64,000 bases of DNA from the human T2T-CHM13v2.0 reference genome, Homo sapiens (GCF_009914755.1 NC_060940.1); one strand, 5' to 3'; numbered from the stretch's first letter, positions 19,170-35,190 are shown. Numbers and translations are program-made. Notes: generated by a model not told the origin, from the letters alone.

Positions 19170-20745
19170 TAAAATTACCTTTCCTTTAACCTTTCCACTT
19201 AATTTTTGATGAGACTCTCAGCATCTCAGTGTCGAACATCAGACCTGGTTTTGGCAGCCAAGAAGCCTTGATCTGTCTTCTGCCTCCAAGATGTCTGTGA
19301 GCTCTTTCCACTGTGACCCCACAGGCATGGTTGTTGACAAAACTTGTGCTTAGTGAAAGATGGCGGAAATTTCCACCTTTAGGAATGTGGGTAACAGTGC
19401 TCAAGAGTGGTCCACTGAAGCGGTCAGCCCATCCAGGTGTGCACCAGAGCATTTGCTGGTCTTCTGCCTACCCCGGACAGATAGGAGTCTAAATGTCAGA
19501 TGTGCCAGCGGTGGGTTCATGGTGCCCACCATTTGGCAGGAATCTTTTTTGATGATAGAAACCCAGGGCAGTGATGTTTGTGAATGTGAGTATTGAGATG
19601 GTGGATACTTCTTGGTGCTCTGTGTGCTGCTTACAGTTCAGTGGGGCTTGCCCACTGAGAAGAGCTGGTCCCCTGGCAGGCCATGTCTCATGTCTGAAGA
19701 TCATTCTCCTGCCTTCCTTTTGCCCACCACTCTCCTTTTTCTTTCTTTTTCTGAAAGGTAGGGAGGGATAGGATTAAGTAAAAGGTTATCTATAAAAGCT
19801 GCGTGCCCAAGAAGTCTGCAAGCCCACTGACGTCCTTGGTTTCATGGTTTAAAGTGAGATGCTGCCTAGTAAAGGGGTGAATCCTTTTACTTGAACATCC
19901 CTAGAGCTCATTTAACGAGAGCCCTTTTATTCACTTCTAAAGAAAATACAGTGGATATTCACATCACAAAGTCAGATTTCTTTTTGTTTGGACATCAATA
20001 AGGACATACACTCGCTAGTTTGTTTTACACATCAGGTAAAAAGCATTTGCTTTTCCGTTTTCTTCTGGAATGGTCCTTAAGTAAGCCTAGTAGATGACTC
20101 CTCAGTGTTTCTTTAAATTCTTGTTACTAGTCCAGAAAGGTGTTGGTGGTAGATTTCTCCCTTTCTAGTCCAGATTTGGTTTAAATTTGTAGGGCCACCT
20201 TTTTCCATCCTGAACAATCCAGGAATTCCATAAATACTGTTGCCTGGGGAAAGAAGGGCTAAGCATGTATGTCGGGAAGGGAGAAACAGGAGGAATGAAA
20301 GGAAGGAAGAGGAAAGATGCATGGGAGGAAGAGAGCTGGATTGGGACTGCACAGTCACAGCCCTTGCCTCCGGTGTCACAAGGGCTTCATGGGGCTCTGG
20401 AGAGTCAGATCCCTGTGAAAGCAGATGGACAGAAACCAGCCAGAGAGAGAGGCTCAGAAGATTGGAGCAGGCAGTTCTGAAGCTCAGGGCTGTGTCAAAA
20501 GCTAGCCAAATGTGTTGGGGCGAGGCGGCTTGCCTGGCAAACCCATCTGCTTTTTGCTTAATAGATGGGTTTGGATGCCTGTGGAACAGAGGCCTCGGGG
20601 GACGAGCTTTGTTAACTTTGTGTTATGTTGAAGGAATGTGACAGAGGAGGGTATGACTGTCATCCACCCATCAGGGATCTGTCCCTGACACGCTGGGGTA
20701 GAGGATGGAAGAACATGGAATAGAGGATGGAAGAATATGGAATAG

Positions 20746-20910
<165 letters not shown>

Positions 20911-21045
20911 GTGCCATGCTTTGTGGGAGTCTGGGTCGGCACACTGTCAGTACATCAGGCACATGGGCCCACTAGGCTGGGGTTTCTGGTTTTGTTTCTG
21001 TTGTGTTTTGTTTTGGTTTCTGTATTATGTATTTTTGTCAACGCC

Positions 21046-21051
21046 AATAAA
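21046..21051 (+). terminator. NUP93 proximal polyadenylation signal AATAAA
   Basis: AATAAA 136 nt after the stop, with TGTA motifs upstream and a T-rich tract downstream. Confidence 0.8.
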
Positions 21052-22431
21052 TTTCTTTGATTTGTATTTCTTTTCAACATTCTTTTATTTTCTTTTTTTT
21101 TTTCCTTTGAAATTTTGTTTACATTTTTATTTGTGTAATGGGAAATACCGTCACTAGCTCTTGGGCCAGGGAATGAGAGGCTATGTAGATATTCATTATT
21201 TGGTTAAATTGACCTTAATTAATTAAAAATCTACCCAAAATGAGCCAGGAAACAAAGCCTTTGGGAGTTACTTTTATTTAGATATAATATTCCATATAGC
21301 AGAGTCACGATTCATTTTCACATTTTTATTTGAATGTGAAAGTCAACCTCAGCCTTAGAAGATGTAAGATTTGTGTGTGAAATATCAAGCACTCCATGTC
21401 CTCCTCTAGAGAGTGTGACTTAAGTCCAGATGGTCCAAGACCATCCCCCAAATCATCAGCTCTGATTGCAGGATTCATCAGTTTGCCGTTCTGTTGCAAT
21501 CCCAGTGGAGATAAAAGCATAGACCTAGAAAAAGCCTTAAGAAGGAAGGTTGCAAGTGCCCCCAGCTTGCACTTGAGGAAGGGGTAAACCTTGCCACTGC
21601 ACTCCTCTGTAGCTGCTCCACTGTGAGTTGACTGCTCGGCCTTGTACACACCCCTCCTAGAAAGACGTTTAAGCCCCTATTTCCCTTCTCTGGTGGTCAG
21701 TTCCTCTGCTCAGACGACCCCCTTCCCCACTCATTAAGGTAATTGGCCAGGCAGGCTCATGGGTCACGTGCTGAGTCTGCAATGTACAGAATCCAGACCA
21801 CCACATGGCATCAGCACCATGGGTGTTTGCTCCCTGAGCAGTAGTTGTCACCCATCATTTGCTCTGTTTCCCCCACCATCAGTCCCAAAGCCCTAGACTA
21901 AACCAGAGAGCAAATTAGGTCGTGTTTGTTCCTGAATGGGCCAACTGGAGCCTTGAGACACTGGGCAGTGGTCTGCTCTGCTGGTTTGATGGACGGCTCC
22001 CTGAGGTAGACTCTTTCCCAGCAGAATGTTAAGATCCCCAAAGGGTCCCCAAAGGTGCCTTTGCTTGTAGGGAGAAGTTTCTGTCTTGTCACAGGGTGTG
22101 GTCATCCCCACTGTCTCCCAGTTGTTAAAATAATTGTTACCTTTTCTTTTGGGAAGAAATAATCTGTAGATAATGGAACCAACTGCTGCTTATCGGTAGG
22201 ATTCCATGTTCCAGGAAGGATGCGGCCTGAGGGTCAGTGGAGCTGTGTTCTGCCTTCCTCCTCTAGTCCCATCTTGTCACCCTGGAGGACTGTCTTCAAT
22301 TGAGCTTTACTAGAAAGTCTTGAAACATGAGCCCTGCAGAGGCCTTGATTTAGCAAGTTGTGCCCTGCTTATATGTGCTGATTTAAGCTAATCAAATGAT
22401 TTAATAGTGCTTTTTAAAAAAGAGTACTCCT

Positions 22432-23043
<612 letters not shown>

Positions 23044-25925
23044 TCATAAAGTGCAACTTAGTGCTTTGTTTTTCTAATACTAGATTTTACTTGCAGATAG
23101 AAATATAACAATGCCACAAATGAGAAGGCTCAAGTTGTTTAAATACATGTTTGCTCCTGGCTTACCTCTTCTTCACTATCCCATGAGAATCGTGGATTTG
23201 CCTTTCCTTGCATCCTGCAGTTCTACTTGTCCCAGAGAGAACTGCACACCAGCCCTGCATCCAGGGGATGAGGTTCTTTGACCTGTAGATGGGTCCTAAA
23301 ATGAGAAGGGAGAGAAGCAGCCAGACCTTGAGCTGCTCTGCTAGGGGAGCTGTGAGTTGGGAGAAAAGTGGTCACTGGTTGGCAGTTAAGGACTTGCTGA
23401 GAGAGACATTTGTAGGAGAAAGAAGATAAGTAGGTTCATACCAGAAGGGCCAGGACTCGGATGGAGCAAATCCCAGTTCTTGTCCTACAAGCTGATTGTG
23501 CGATTGAGCACAGGCCTCTGGAATTGTGCAGAGATGAGAAACAGGCTGAATTTGCAAGGCCACAACATCAGGTTGTCATGTACCCATCATTACAGCTTAT
23601 GCCCAGAAGTCCTGACCCTGTGACAGGTTATTATCTTAAAAACTCATCTTCAGCCCACTTTTTCAGAGAACTAACTCTTTCCTTAGATGTTGGGCCAGGA
23701 TTTCACTATTTACCCAGAGAAACTAAGAGAAAGTGGCACTAGGCGTCTTGTCTTCCAGATGTGAGATTTCGATCTTTCTAATGAAATTGGGGGCACTTTG
23801 AGACTGTCAGGGTTTGTTCCTGTCTCAGAATGGCTCATAATAAACTCACTGAAACACTCAAAGGAAAGTACTGACTTGATCTGGATCCTTTTCAGAGGCC
23901 TGGAGATTTAATTTCACAGATTCTCTTCTTTTGGCTCAACAACAACAGCAACAAAAAACTCTTTGACTCCCCAACTTCAGAGGGAAAACTGAAGCGAAAC
24001 TGGTGAGCTCTGCCACGGCAGATGCCTTCCTTTATCACTCACGAGCTGGGCGGGCTCATCAAAGAGCAGGAAGTGCCCATTTTACACTGGGGCCAGGATG
24101 CAGACCCAGCTCCTGTCCTCCGCGAACTTACAGTCTAATTAGAGCCTCTTAAGGACAATTTGGCAGCCACTGTTAACTCTTGATGCATCATTTAAATCCT
24201 AGAACAGGCAGCTTTAAAGCAAAGAACTACAGACTTTTCCGCAGTGTCCAGCATTTGCTGACCAAAAAAAACCTGAGGGTGATTTTTCTCTCTTTGAATT
24301 TTTACCCTTGCCTGCACCTAGCCAGAACCCTTAATACTAAATTTGCAGTTATATGCAGCTCTGCCAACGCCTTCCTGCTTTAGACTGGATCTCTACTATC
24401 CTTTTTCTCTACTAGGCACCAGAACCTTTGTCTAGTTCATTAGGTGGTTCACATCACTTGCCAAATTTCCAGCATGCCACTCAGGAAGTGACTTGAGCAT
24501 GCTGAATGCTGAGTCAGAAAATGAACCCCTGGGCTGGCGGGTTGACCCAGGCCTGACAAAGTCTTGGCAGTCCCCACACTGACTGCGAACTCTCCCTTAG
24601 CCTCAGTCAGCTGGGAAAGGAATTGAGCCCTGTGTCAGCAAATTGGGAGAAAGTGTTACATATAAAATTCTTGATGGAAATGTGTGTTTTATATCAGAAT
24701 TGAGCTTTTGTTCCTGCATCTCAGAAATACCAGGAAGAAGTCAGCATCTCATTAAACAGGAGTTGTCTAAACTGTGGAAGAAAATATCCCCCATTCTTTA
24801 TCCTACGCTGAATCCACAAGTCTTCCCATCTTCCACCATCTTCTGACAGTTCCATAATATATTGGTATCCCTCACAGGGCAGGGACAGGAAGGAAATAAA
24901 TCTTTCTGCCACTTGTTTCCAACCGAAAAGGAAAAAAGTTAAAAATTACTAAAGTGTTCTGAAAAGAGATTTCAAGTGGTCTGTGCTGCTTTTTTGCCTT
25001 GTTACGCACATAACTTGTGACTGGCTAGATAGGCCACGTGTATTTATCAGCCAAGATTCCATTGCAGCAGATGATTTCAAAACCTCTTTGTGTGCTGGGC
25101 CGTGCTAGGTAGCTGGAATATCTGAGGTAAATTAAGCACTGATTTGTTCCCAGAGTTGTGCATAATTCTTTAAAAGTAGGCTCGTTTTTTTCGTTTTTTT
25201 GTCCAGGATCACCTAAGTGAAGTACTCGTGGTTCTAAGTTGCTAACCCAGGGAAAGAGGATATTTTCCTGTCCTAACCTTGGTTTTTGAAATATGCTTCT
25301 CCTGTGTGCCCTCTCTGGGGTATCTGGCCCACAGTAGATTGCTCAGCAGATATTTGAATGAGCAGATGCTTTGCTTTGTCCTCCTGTGCCAGGCTCCTCC
25401 CCACATCCTCTGGATCAGCTCCACGTGCCTAGATTCAGACTCCGTGATTCACCGTGGGGGCCCTTAATAGGCATTCAGTCTGAAAGAAGGTGGAGGAGAA
25501 TAATGTCTCCCAGGATCAAATGAGACTCAGGGCTGTTCCTTCAAAGACAGAAACTTGCAGAGCTGCACAGCAGCAGGGAAACATTGAGAAGGGGGTGGAA
25601 ATTTGATGTACTGTGAATAATGAAGGCCGGATCTTTAAAAAGAAAAAGGGACGGGGTGCTGGCAGAAACCCAGCTCTGCGCTAGCACAATCTGTACACCT
25701 GGCTGCCTTTGCCCTTGAGCTTCTATTTCTTGGGGATGGGGAGGGCAAAAAAGTTTGCCCCAGACACTGGCTTCTGTTTGAACAGGAAGTGGGGAGTCAG
25801 TGATCCCAGAGGGGACTTCAGCATCAGAACATATGCTTTGGTGGCCTCAGCAGACCTGGCCTAGGCAGGCTTTCAGGTGGCACCCAGGGGCTTTATGGCC
25901 TGCAGGTAAGGCCCCTTCATCCGGG

Positions 25926-26013
25926 TCAGACTTAGCAAATAAAAATATAGGACACTCAATTAAGTTTGCATTTTGGATAAACAGTGAAGAAGTTCCTAGT
26001 GTAAGTATGTCCC
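25926..26013 (+). mobile_element. hAT MITE fragment (MER53/MER33-like)
   Basis: cagacttagcaaataaaaatataggacac...gtaagtatgtccca resembles the consensus start. Confidence 0.65.
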
Positions 26014-27476
26014 AGTTCTATGTGGCTGCCCTACCTGGGCTTGCCTCTGCTGGTACTAGCTGCCCAGAGACCTTCAGGCCTGCCACGGGCTGCCGGGAGC
26101 TCTCTAGTGGAATTGGATTACCCTGATTTTGTGCATTGTTTGTGCTTTTGTGGGCATCGGAAATGACTGAGATACGCAGTTTTGAAGAGCTAGGCAGGCA
26201 GCTGAGCGGGATAATGTGGGCCCCAGTTGACCTCAGTGGCTGTCATCTACTGTGTTTTTCAACCAGGAATTTCAAATACTGTGTATTTTAGAAAGAAAGG
26301 AAAGAGCCAAAGTACAGCCTTTTCTCACTTGATCAGTAACTTGTGTTAGAAACTCAGTGGGGGAGAATTCTTTGCGTTTTTCAGTTGACTGATTATTTTC
26401 CTTTTTTTCTTTTTTGCTTTTCTCGAGTCACTCTGTGTGGTGCTTGTGGGAGAAGGGAGAGGGTGGGAGACCGTTGGTGGATGTGTTCTGCATGTTCCTT
26501 TCTGTACAGTAACTTCTGCATTTACTCTGTTTAGGATGGTTCCTTCACCACTATCCCTGTCTGTAGCCAGTAAATTTCTGGAATATTCTCCCAGAGTGCC
26601 ATGTGCCCCCTTTGTTCAGTCCTTCAGTGGAGCAGAAGCCTCTCTCAGGCCTTTCCTGGGAATATCTTTAGCTGAGGCACAGCCTGGGGGCTCCTCAGAA
26701 GGTGACAGAAGTGCCTCTACCTGGCCTCGGGGCTTAATGAGCCAGGCCCCTTCTCCACTCCCTGCAAAGAAGGCTCCTAAGGCCTATCCAGTCCCTGGGT
26801 CTGCGAAGTCCCCAGAGGTCTCTGTAAGTACAGGACTCCCATCCCAGCTCTGAATTTGTGCTTTCTCCCCCTGAACTTCAGAATTCTTGGCCGGAAAGGT
26901 CAGATTCTGACTGTGGTGGGACAGTAAGTCAGAAGCATTCTGGTGATAAACCCAGCATGTGGCATGCATTCTGGGGGCTAGGAACAGCTAAGATCTGTAA
27001 CCCTTTATTTTAGACCTTCAGTGGAAAGCATTTTAAATGGGGGTTGAGAGCCACTTATTGGCCTTGGGGAAGGGGAGCCGGAATTTGGGGGCCATGTTTT
27101 GGTGGGGTGGCAGAAGAGGCTTGGGCCTGACCTTGGGACAGATGTCTCCTGCTCTCTTAGACAGTAGCTGCCTGTGCTTTTGACCAGGGCAGGTGTTTTA
27201 GGATCTGGGTCACGGGATTCTACTCAAGGATGTGCAGATGGCTAAGGAGGTAGGGTGTTCATATTCTCTCCACCTGGAGACCTGCCCTAACAGGAGCTCT
27301 GAAGTGACGTGGGTCAGCTGCCCAGTGGCCCAGTGTGCTATCCCTGAAGGGGCTCCACAAAAGAGTTTCAGCCCCTCCCCTTTGCCTGGGGCCCTCAGCT
27401 TGTGCTGGCATCTGGGAGGCCATTTCCTGATGAGTCACCTGGGAATCTGGGCCTCAGACCCCATCAGCCTGTTTAA

Positions 27477-27934
<458 letters not shown>

Positions 27935-29287
27935 TGAGAGCTGTAGGCTTTTCAGTGGGGTGAAGATTCTTTCTGGGTCCTCAGTTAAAACCATTAAAAT
28001 GCCACCCAGATGGCAAGGGAAGAAGACAAATTTAAGGCCATTGGTCCCCCCAACATGAGTGGCACCTCAGCTGTTCCTGGAAATGGCCAGGTTTGCATAG
28101 AAGCCCTGAGAAGCAAACAGCCACAGAGAAATATGAGGACTGATGGTGGGAAGTGAGGCCCCAGAGGCTGGGGAAGCTGCCTGCTGGGAGTGCTATTGGG
28201 GAGAGACATTTTCGTTGGAGAGGTTGGCTGCAAATTCTTTTTCCTCAGTTTTCCCAAATGTCTCCTTCCCATAGCGCCAGTCTAGAGGCATCACCCCCAC
28301 CACACCACTGACCCTACTACACTCGGGGTGGGTCTCTGATCAGCTTGATGGAGCAGCTGGCTTGAATTTTTAGGAAAATTCGAACCAAACCAAATAGAGC
28401 ACTTTTTTTCTTCAAAAACAGACGTTTAAGATGTGGCCCTCTGGTGGCTTGCAGCTGCCAGTAGCATCAGAAAGCACAAGAATGTCAGACTTCTTTGAAA
28501 ACTAAATTCTGGAAGTAAGGGTCTTCCCAACAGCGGGAGGCGGAGGATGGGAAGAGGGAAAGGTAAGGAACATGGAATGACTGTGCCCTGGCTGGAGGGA
28601 GCAAGCCCTGGCCAGGCAGCCACCCTGCACCACAAGGCTTCAGAGCTTGGGAGCTGTGAGTCCTTCCATTGCTCTGAACCAGTTTGCTCTTGTAGGAAGC
28701 AGGCACGCCAGTTTCTATTCCATCAGGCCACTGGGAAGAGGAAGTTAAAACCTGTTGCCTGTCGCACAGGGGGCTCTCCATAAATAAACGTTCATTGTGG
28801 CCACCCAGGTCCCTGCCTTGTGGAGACAGTCTCCAAGGCTGTAGGCACGTCCTCCACCACTGGGCTTCTGCCCTTCACAACAGGGCCTGCACATGGGTGC
28901 AGGTCAAATCAATGACTCCCACCTCAGGGATGCCTTTTTTTTTTTTTTTTTTTTTTTTGATAAGAGACAAAATTAGGTCAACATTGATGAGCCAAAAATT
29001 TGCTAATGGGGAAAGACATTGACATGTCAAGTTCAACTTGTGGTTCCTGTTTGTTTAGGAACTGCCAAGTGGAGAATGCAGTTCAACAAATGTTTAAGGG
29101 TCTGCCCTGTGCCAGGCATTGTTCTAGGCACAAGGTCACAATGGTGACCTGAATCAAGATCTCTGCCGTCAAGGAGCTTCCTTCTTACTGGGGTGAGAGA
29201 CAATAAGGGGCCTCTTCCTATAAGGGTCTCTCTTTCCAGGCTGACTCAAGAGCTTCACTCATCCATTTAGCACCCACCATGGCCCTT

Positions 29288-29581
<294 letters not shown>

Positions 29582-29715
29582 TGATTTCTGAGACTAAGGT
29601 GCAATCCCTGCTTTCTGAGGTTCACTGTGTGGTTGGGGAAAAGAGAGAAGCAGGTTATGTACATGTGCACACAGACACCATAATCAAATAGGAAGCCTTA
29701 AGAAATGCCACAAGG

Positions 29716-30036
29716 AGCCTGGCATGGTGGCTTACACCTGTAATCCCAACATTTTGGTGGCTGGGGCAGGAGGATCACTTGAGCCCAGGAGTTTGAGACC
29801 AGCTTGGGCAACATGGTGAAACCCTGTCTCTATTAAATATATATATACAAAAATTAGCCAGGTGTAGTGGCATAAGCCTGTAGTCCCAGCTACTTAGGAG
29901 GCTGAAGCAGGAGATAGCTTGAACCCGGGAGGCAGAGTTCAAGGCTGCAGTGAGCCGAGATTGAGCCACTGCACTTCAGCAGCCCCTGTGACAGAGCAAG
30001 ACCCTGTGTCAAAAAAAAAAAAAAAAAAAAAAAAAA
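29716..30036 (+). mobile_element. Alu (AluJ-like)
   Basis: Dimer with polyA; TSD gccacaagga. Confidence 0.9.
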
Positions 30037-31192
30037 GCCACAAGGAAGGGCCATATAAAGGGGAAAGATTCTGGCCGGGATGCAGGAGCTGTCTGCAAGT
30101 GACCAGGATTCAGACCTACAGGGATGGGAGAACACTGTGTGGGTGTGGCCATCCTGCTAGCCCAGGATGCAGGGACCCCCAGGTCCCTTCGGCCTGGCTG
30201 CAGCTGGCCTGCTTCATATGCCCCAGCGGTGTCGTGCAGCTGTTAATCTCTCCTATGACCCCGAAGCAGGAGAAACAGCAGGACTCAGGTGAGTTGAGGG
30301 GCCTGCCAGAGGTCCCAGGCCTCATGTTTATCCCTTCCCTGGCCAAGCAGAAGCTTGACTAGGGCATCTCCCTTGTTCAAGAGGTAAGTGTGTGGCGGGT
30401 ATGGAGGGCACCTGGGGTGTATGTGGCCCATGAGGCAGAGAGATGAGTCAGGGGTGGTCTGACTTGGGGGCACACACTTTCTGTGCAAACCAATAATTAT
30501 AAGGTTACCTGTTGTCCTTGGGCAATGAATCCAGCACAAAAGGGCTGGTAGCTAGTTTATGTATTCCTGTGTCTAACCAGGAGAGAAAAAGCTCTTTAAA
30601 AGCCTTTTACAACATGAAAGATAACTTTAAAAAAAAAAACCTTGAGATCAGCAATCCCTTTATCAAGAAGAGCCAGATTCTGTGCTGCACACAGCCTTAG
30701 TTAACGTCTTCTTTCCTCTAGCTCACAGTGCCAGCCCTGCAATTCACAGCCCTGGCTTCATCTTAGAGTCATCCAAGGAGTTCTTGCCGCTACTGATTTC
30801 CTAGCCCCTGCCCCCTGAGCTTCCCACTTAATTGGCCTGGGGAGGGGCCGAGGCACTGATTCTTGTTTTTTAGAAGTTTCCCAAGTGATTTTCATGCCCT
30901 GCTAGGGTCAGGAACCATTGCTGTTACTGAAGCAGGGAGTGATGAAGTAGGCCTGTGGATCTTTCTAAATGTGGAAATCCCCCAAACCCCTTCCCCAACA
31001 CAGATTTTCATACAATGTCTGAGATGTACTAAATAGGAAGATACAAATTCTATCTGGTTAGGGAAGAACATGTACCACCCCAAGTCCCATTGGGTCAGCT
31101 TGCCAACTCTATACCCATCAAGGTCAAAGCCAGCCTAGCCGTCCAACATGGTTTTTAATGTTGGGAAGTTAACCATTAAAAATGGCATCAGA

Positions 31193-31486
<294 letters not shown>

Positions 31487-32734
31487 TTAAAGAGCATCGT
31501 TGTGTGTGAGGGGCTCAGGGGGCACATTTTTAAGGAGATCACAAGTGAATGAGCACTTGACAGCTCTGGCTGGAGCCCGGGGACCCTGATCAAAGATGCT
31601 CTTTCCCAGTGTCCGGCTGCCCCTGGCCTTCCTGCATTCACCACTGGCAGGCACGTGCCCTGAATGGGCTTGTCCCGAGCCTCTTCAGTGCACAAACTCC
31701 TTCGGGGTAAGGAGCCAACTTCTGTTCTCCAGACCACCCCTCAAACTTCCTGCTGTGGGGATCCATACCCTGCAGGACCTGCACCGAGCCAGAGCATGAA
31801 GGTCCACCATGGCCCCAGCCTGGAGTGCAGACTCCCATTGGAGGGAAGCCCCTGTGTCTTCTTGCATCTGAACCCTGGGGTGCTGGGTGACCACTGGCAG
31901 AAGATCCTTTACAGCTCTGCTGGGGGATGGTAAGGAAGTAAGCCGCTTATTTCAGGTATCTGGCGGAGAGTCAACCAGATGTTGGAGAGCCTCTGGACAC
32001 TGAGCTTCTAGGACGCTGAACGTTCTCTGCTTTTACATGCATGCAATGCCTGTCAAGGCCTGGGCTCTGATGACTCTAAAAGCCAACTCTGCGTTTCTGC
32101 TTTTGGACCTGAGCTCCTCCTCTTCCCACTCCTCCCTCTGCCTCAACTTTTAAAAATTAAAAACAAACCAACAAACAAAAACATGTAGCAGCTGCCCTTA
32201 CCAAAGAGCACTGCCTTAAACAAGTAGAGGATGAGTACATTTTCTCCCACCTTTCTTTTCTGGTAGCTTAAGGGCTAGAACCAAAAAAAACCAGAAAGTT
32301 TACATTTGCAGAGCATTATTAATGTCCTCCAAAATGCTGCTTTCACAGATCCCCTCTTAATATCATCGGAAAACCCACGGCTGGGTAGAATTATCTCCAT
32401 TTGACAAACAGTGACCTAAAAGCACCAGGTCAGAAAGCAGGCTGTACAGATCTCAGCCAGGCCTCTCGGCTCACATCCTTCCTCACTCCCTGGACTGGGC
32501 CTGGCTTGAGGGAGTGGGTCGGGGAGCTTAGCTTTCAAAAGCAGCTCTGAGATTCTAGGCCTCCTGGTTCTGGTCACAGGAGCAAGGCCCCTAGACTCCA
32601 AAAATATCCATTAAAGAGTGTTCTGATTGGAAGTCTACCTGTGGAATTCAAAATGGAACAGAATGATCATGTTTCCCCTATTGCTTTCAAGAAAAAAAGA
32701 AAAGGTTTCCAATGAAATTTGAAAATAAAAGGCT

Positions 32735-33029
32735 GGCCAGGCACAGTGGCTCACGCCTGTAATCCCAGCACTTTGGGAGGCCAAGGCAGGTGGATAACTT
32801 GAGCTCAGGAGTTCGAAACCAGCCTGGGCAACAAGACCCTGTCTCTACAAAAAAAATGTTTAAAAAATTAGTTGGGTGTAGTGTAGTCCCAGCCTGTAGT
32901 CCCAGCTACTTGGGAGGCTGAGATGGAAGGATCACTTGAGCCTGGGAGGTGAGGCTGTGGTGAGCTGTAATCACGCCACTGCACTCCAGCCTGGGTGACA
33001 GAGTGAGACCCTGTCTCAGAAAAAAGAAA
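32735..33029 (+). mobile_element. Alu (AluJ-like)
   Basis: Dimer with A-rich tail. Confidence 0.88.
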
Positions 33030-33235
33030 GGTCAAAGATAGTGAAGACAATGGGTTCGAGTCCTTGGTTTCTTGGAGAGCACATTGGCAGAGTCATCAGG
33101 GTGGAGGAACATATGCTTGTGTCTGTTATTACAGGACTGAATTTTTATTAGAATTACTGCTCCAGTTCGTGTTGATGCAGCAGGGCTGAGCACCAGCTAA
33201 ACCTGCATGGACAGATAAAGAGTTGATGGGGATTT

Positions 33236-33266
<31 letters not shown>

Positions 33267-33731
33267 ACGAGAAGAGGAAGAAAGGAAGAAAGTAAATCTC
33301 ACTCTTTCATCAGGTAGTGACTACTGATCATGGTTGTGCTTTCTGCCTGGAGCTGCCACGAAGCTCCAGGCTAACATTGGACTTTGTCCTTCTTAAATAA
33401 TTGCTTATCTTTTTGCTTTCTGTGTCATCTACCTCACTCCACCCTGGTACAAGCCAGAGGAAATCATCCTCTCTCTGAACCCGTGTAGCATTTTATCCAG
33501 GGATTTATGTCTTCCCGCCTCAGCTTGTGGCTATTTGTTGGCTTTACCTCCTCTGATGAACTGTATGCTCCTGAGGACGATGACCATGCCTTATCCTTCT
33601 GTGTGTCCTTCAAAATAGCCAGATTGTGTTTAATGCATTATTAATATCTACAAGTGTGGAATGAATGTTGGCTAAATAGGGTTTTTTTTTTTTTTTTTTT
33701 TTAAGTCTGTCCATGAAGAAAAAGGAACTAG

Positions 33732-34039
<308 letters not shown>

Positions 34040-34178
34040 GGGAGTTCTTCCTTTAACAATGAAAATGTCTTAACTCATCATATATGTTTCCTTTTTTGCT
34101 TTAGCTATCGATAGCTTCAATTACCTTAGTGTCTAACTGCTATAACATTGTCCAGGTAGAGGACCAGGACTGCAATAG

Positions 34179-34502
<324 letters not shown>

Positions 34503-34836
34503 TCAAGGCTCAATTTCTTGGTCCTGGTTGCTGGAGAGGTTGCAGTCCAGCCTCTGGCTTCCCAGGCCTTCCCAGTGCTCAGTACCTCCATTGTTTCTCT
34601 GCACCCCCTGCATTGTACAGGTTTTTTTTTATGTCTGTTCCCCTCTTCCCCATGAACATCAAGTCTGTGAGCCCCTTGTGGGCAGGGACCCAGATTCCAC
34701 CATATGCACCCCTGAGCCCTGGTGCCATACTGGCCTGGGGGAGCCATTGGTTGGGGAAGGTGTTGTATGGGTTCATCACTGTCTCAAAACCGGAGGAGCC
34801 ACAGCCCAGAGGAGGAAGCCGGCGGAGTTCTGGTAT

Positions 34837-34920
34837 CGTTGCTGCAGCTGGTGTTGTGAATCAGGCCGACGAGCAGCGCATCCTCTTACCCGGCTATTTC
34901 ACGACACCAGGGTTGCATCA
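34837..34920 (+). ncRNA. MIR138-2: pre-miR-138-2 (miR-138-5p 34846-34868; miR-138-2-3p 34893-34914)
   Basis: Exact AGCTGGTGTTGTGAATCAGGCCG and GCTATTTCACGACACCAGGGTT arms that pair into a hairpin; lower stem tggtat/atacc. Confidence 0.97.
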
Positions 34921-35044
34921 TACCCATCCTCTCCAGGCGAGCCTCGTGGGACCGGGCCGGACGCAAGGACCTGGGGATGGGGTTGGGGTGGGAGTCTGTG
35001 TGTGAAAGCTTGTCCTCTGTAGCTCACTGGATCTCAGCCCAGAC

Positions 35045-35190
35045 TGCTCCTCAGAATCACCTGGCAGCTTTCAAAAAACTCTGATGTCTGCCCCTCACCT
35101 CCTCTTGCCGAGGTCCACAGAATCTCCAAGGTGGGGCCCTGGAATCAGCATTGTTAGAGGTTCCAGTGTGATGCCAAAGTCTGTGAGTAG
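35045..35190. mobile_element. MER5-like hAT-Charlie MITE
   Basis: tcagaatcacctgg...agaatctccaaggtggggccctggaatcagcatt. Confidence 0.6.

Noticed and set aside
28934-28958. Isolated polyT run without an Alu body
   Set aside because: No polyA signal or TSD; treated as a simple mononucleotide repeat.
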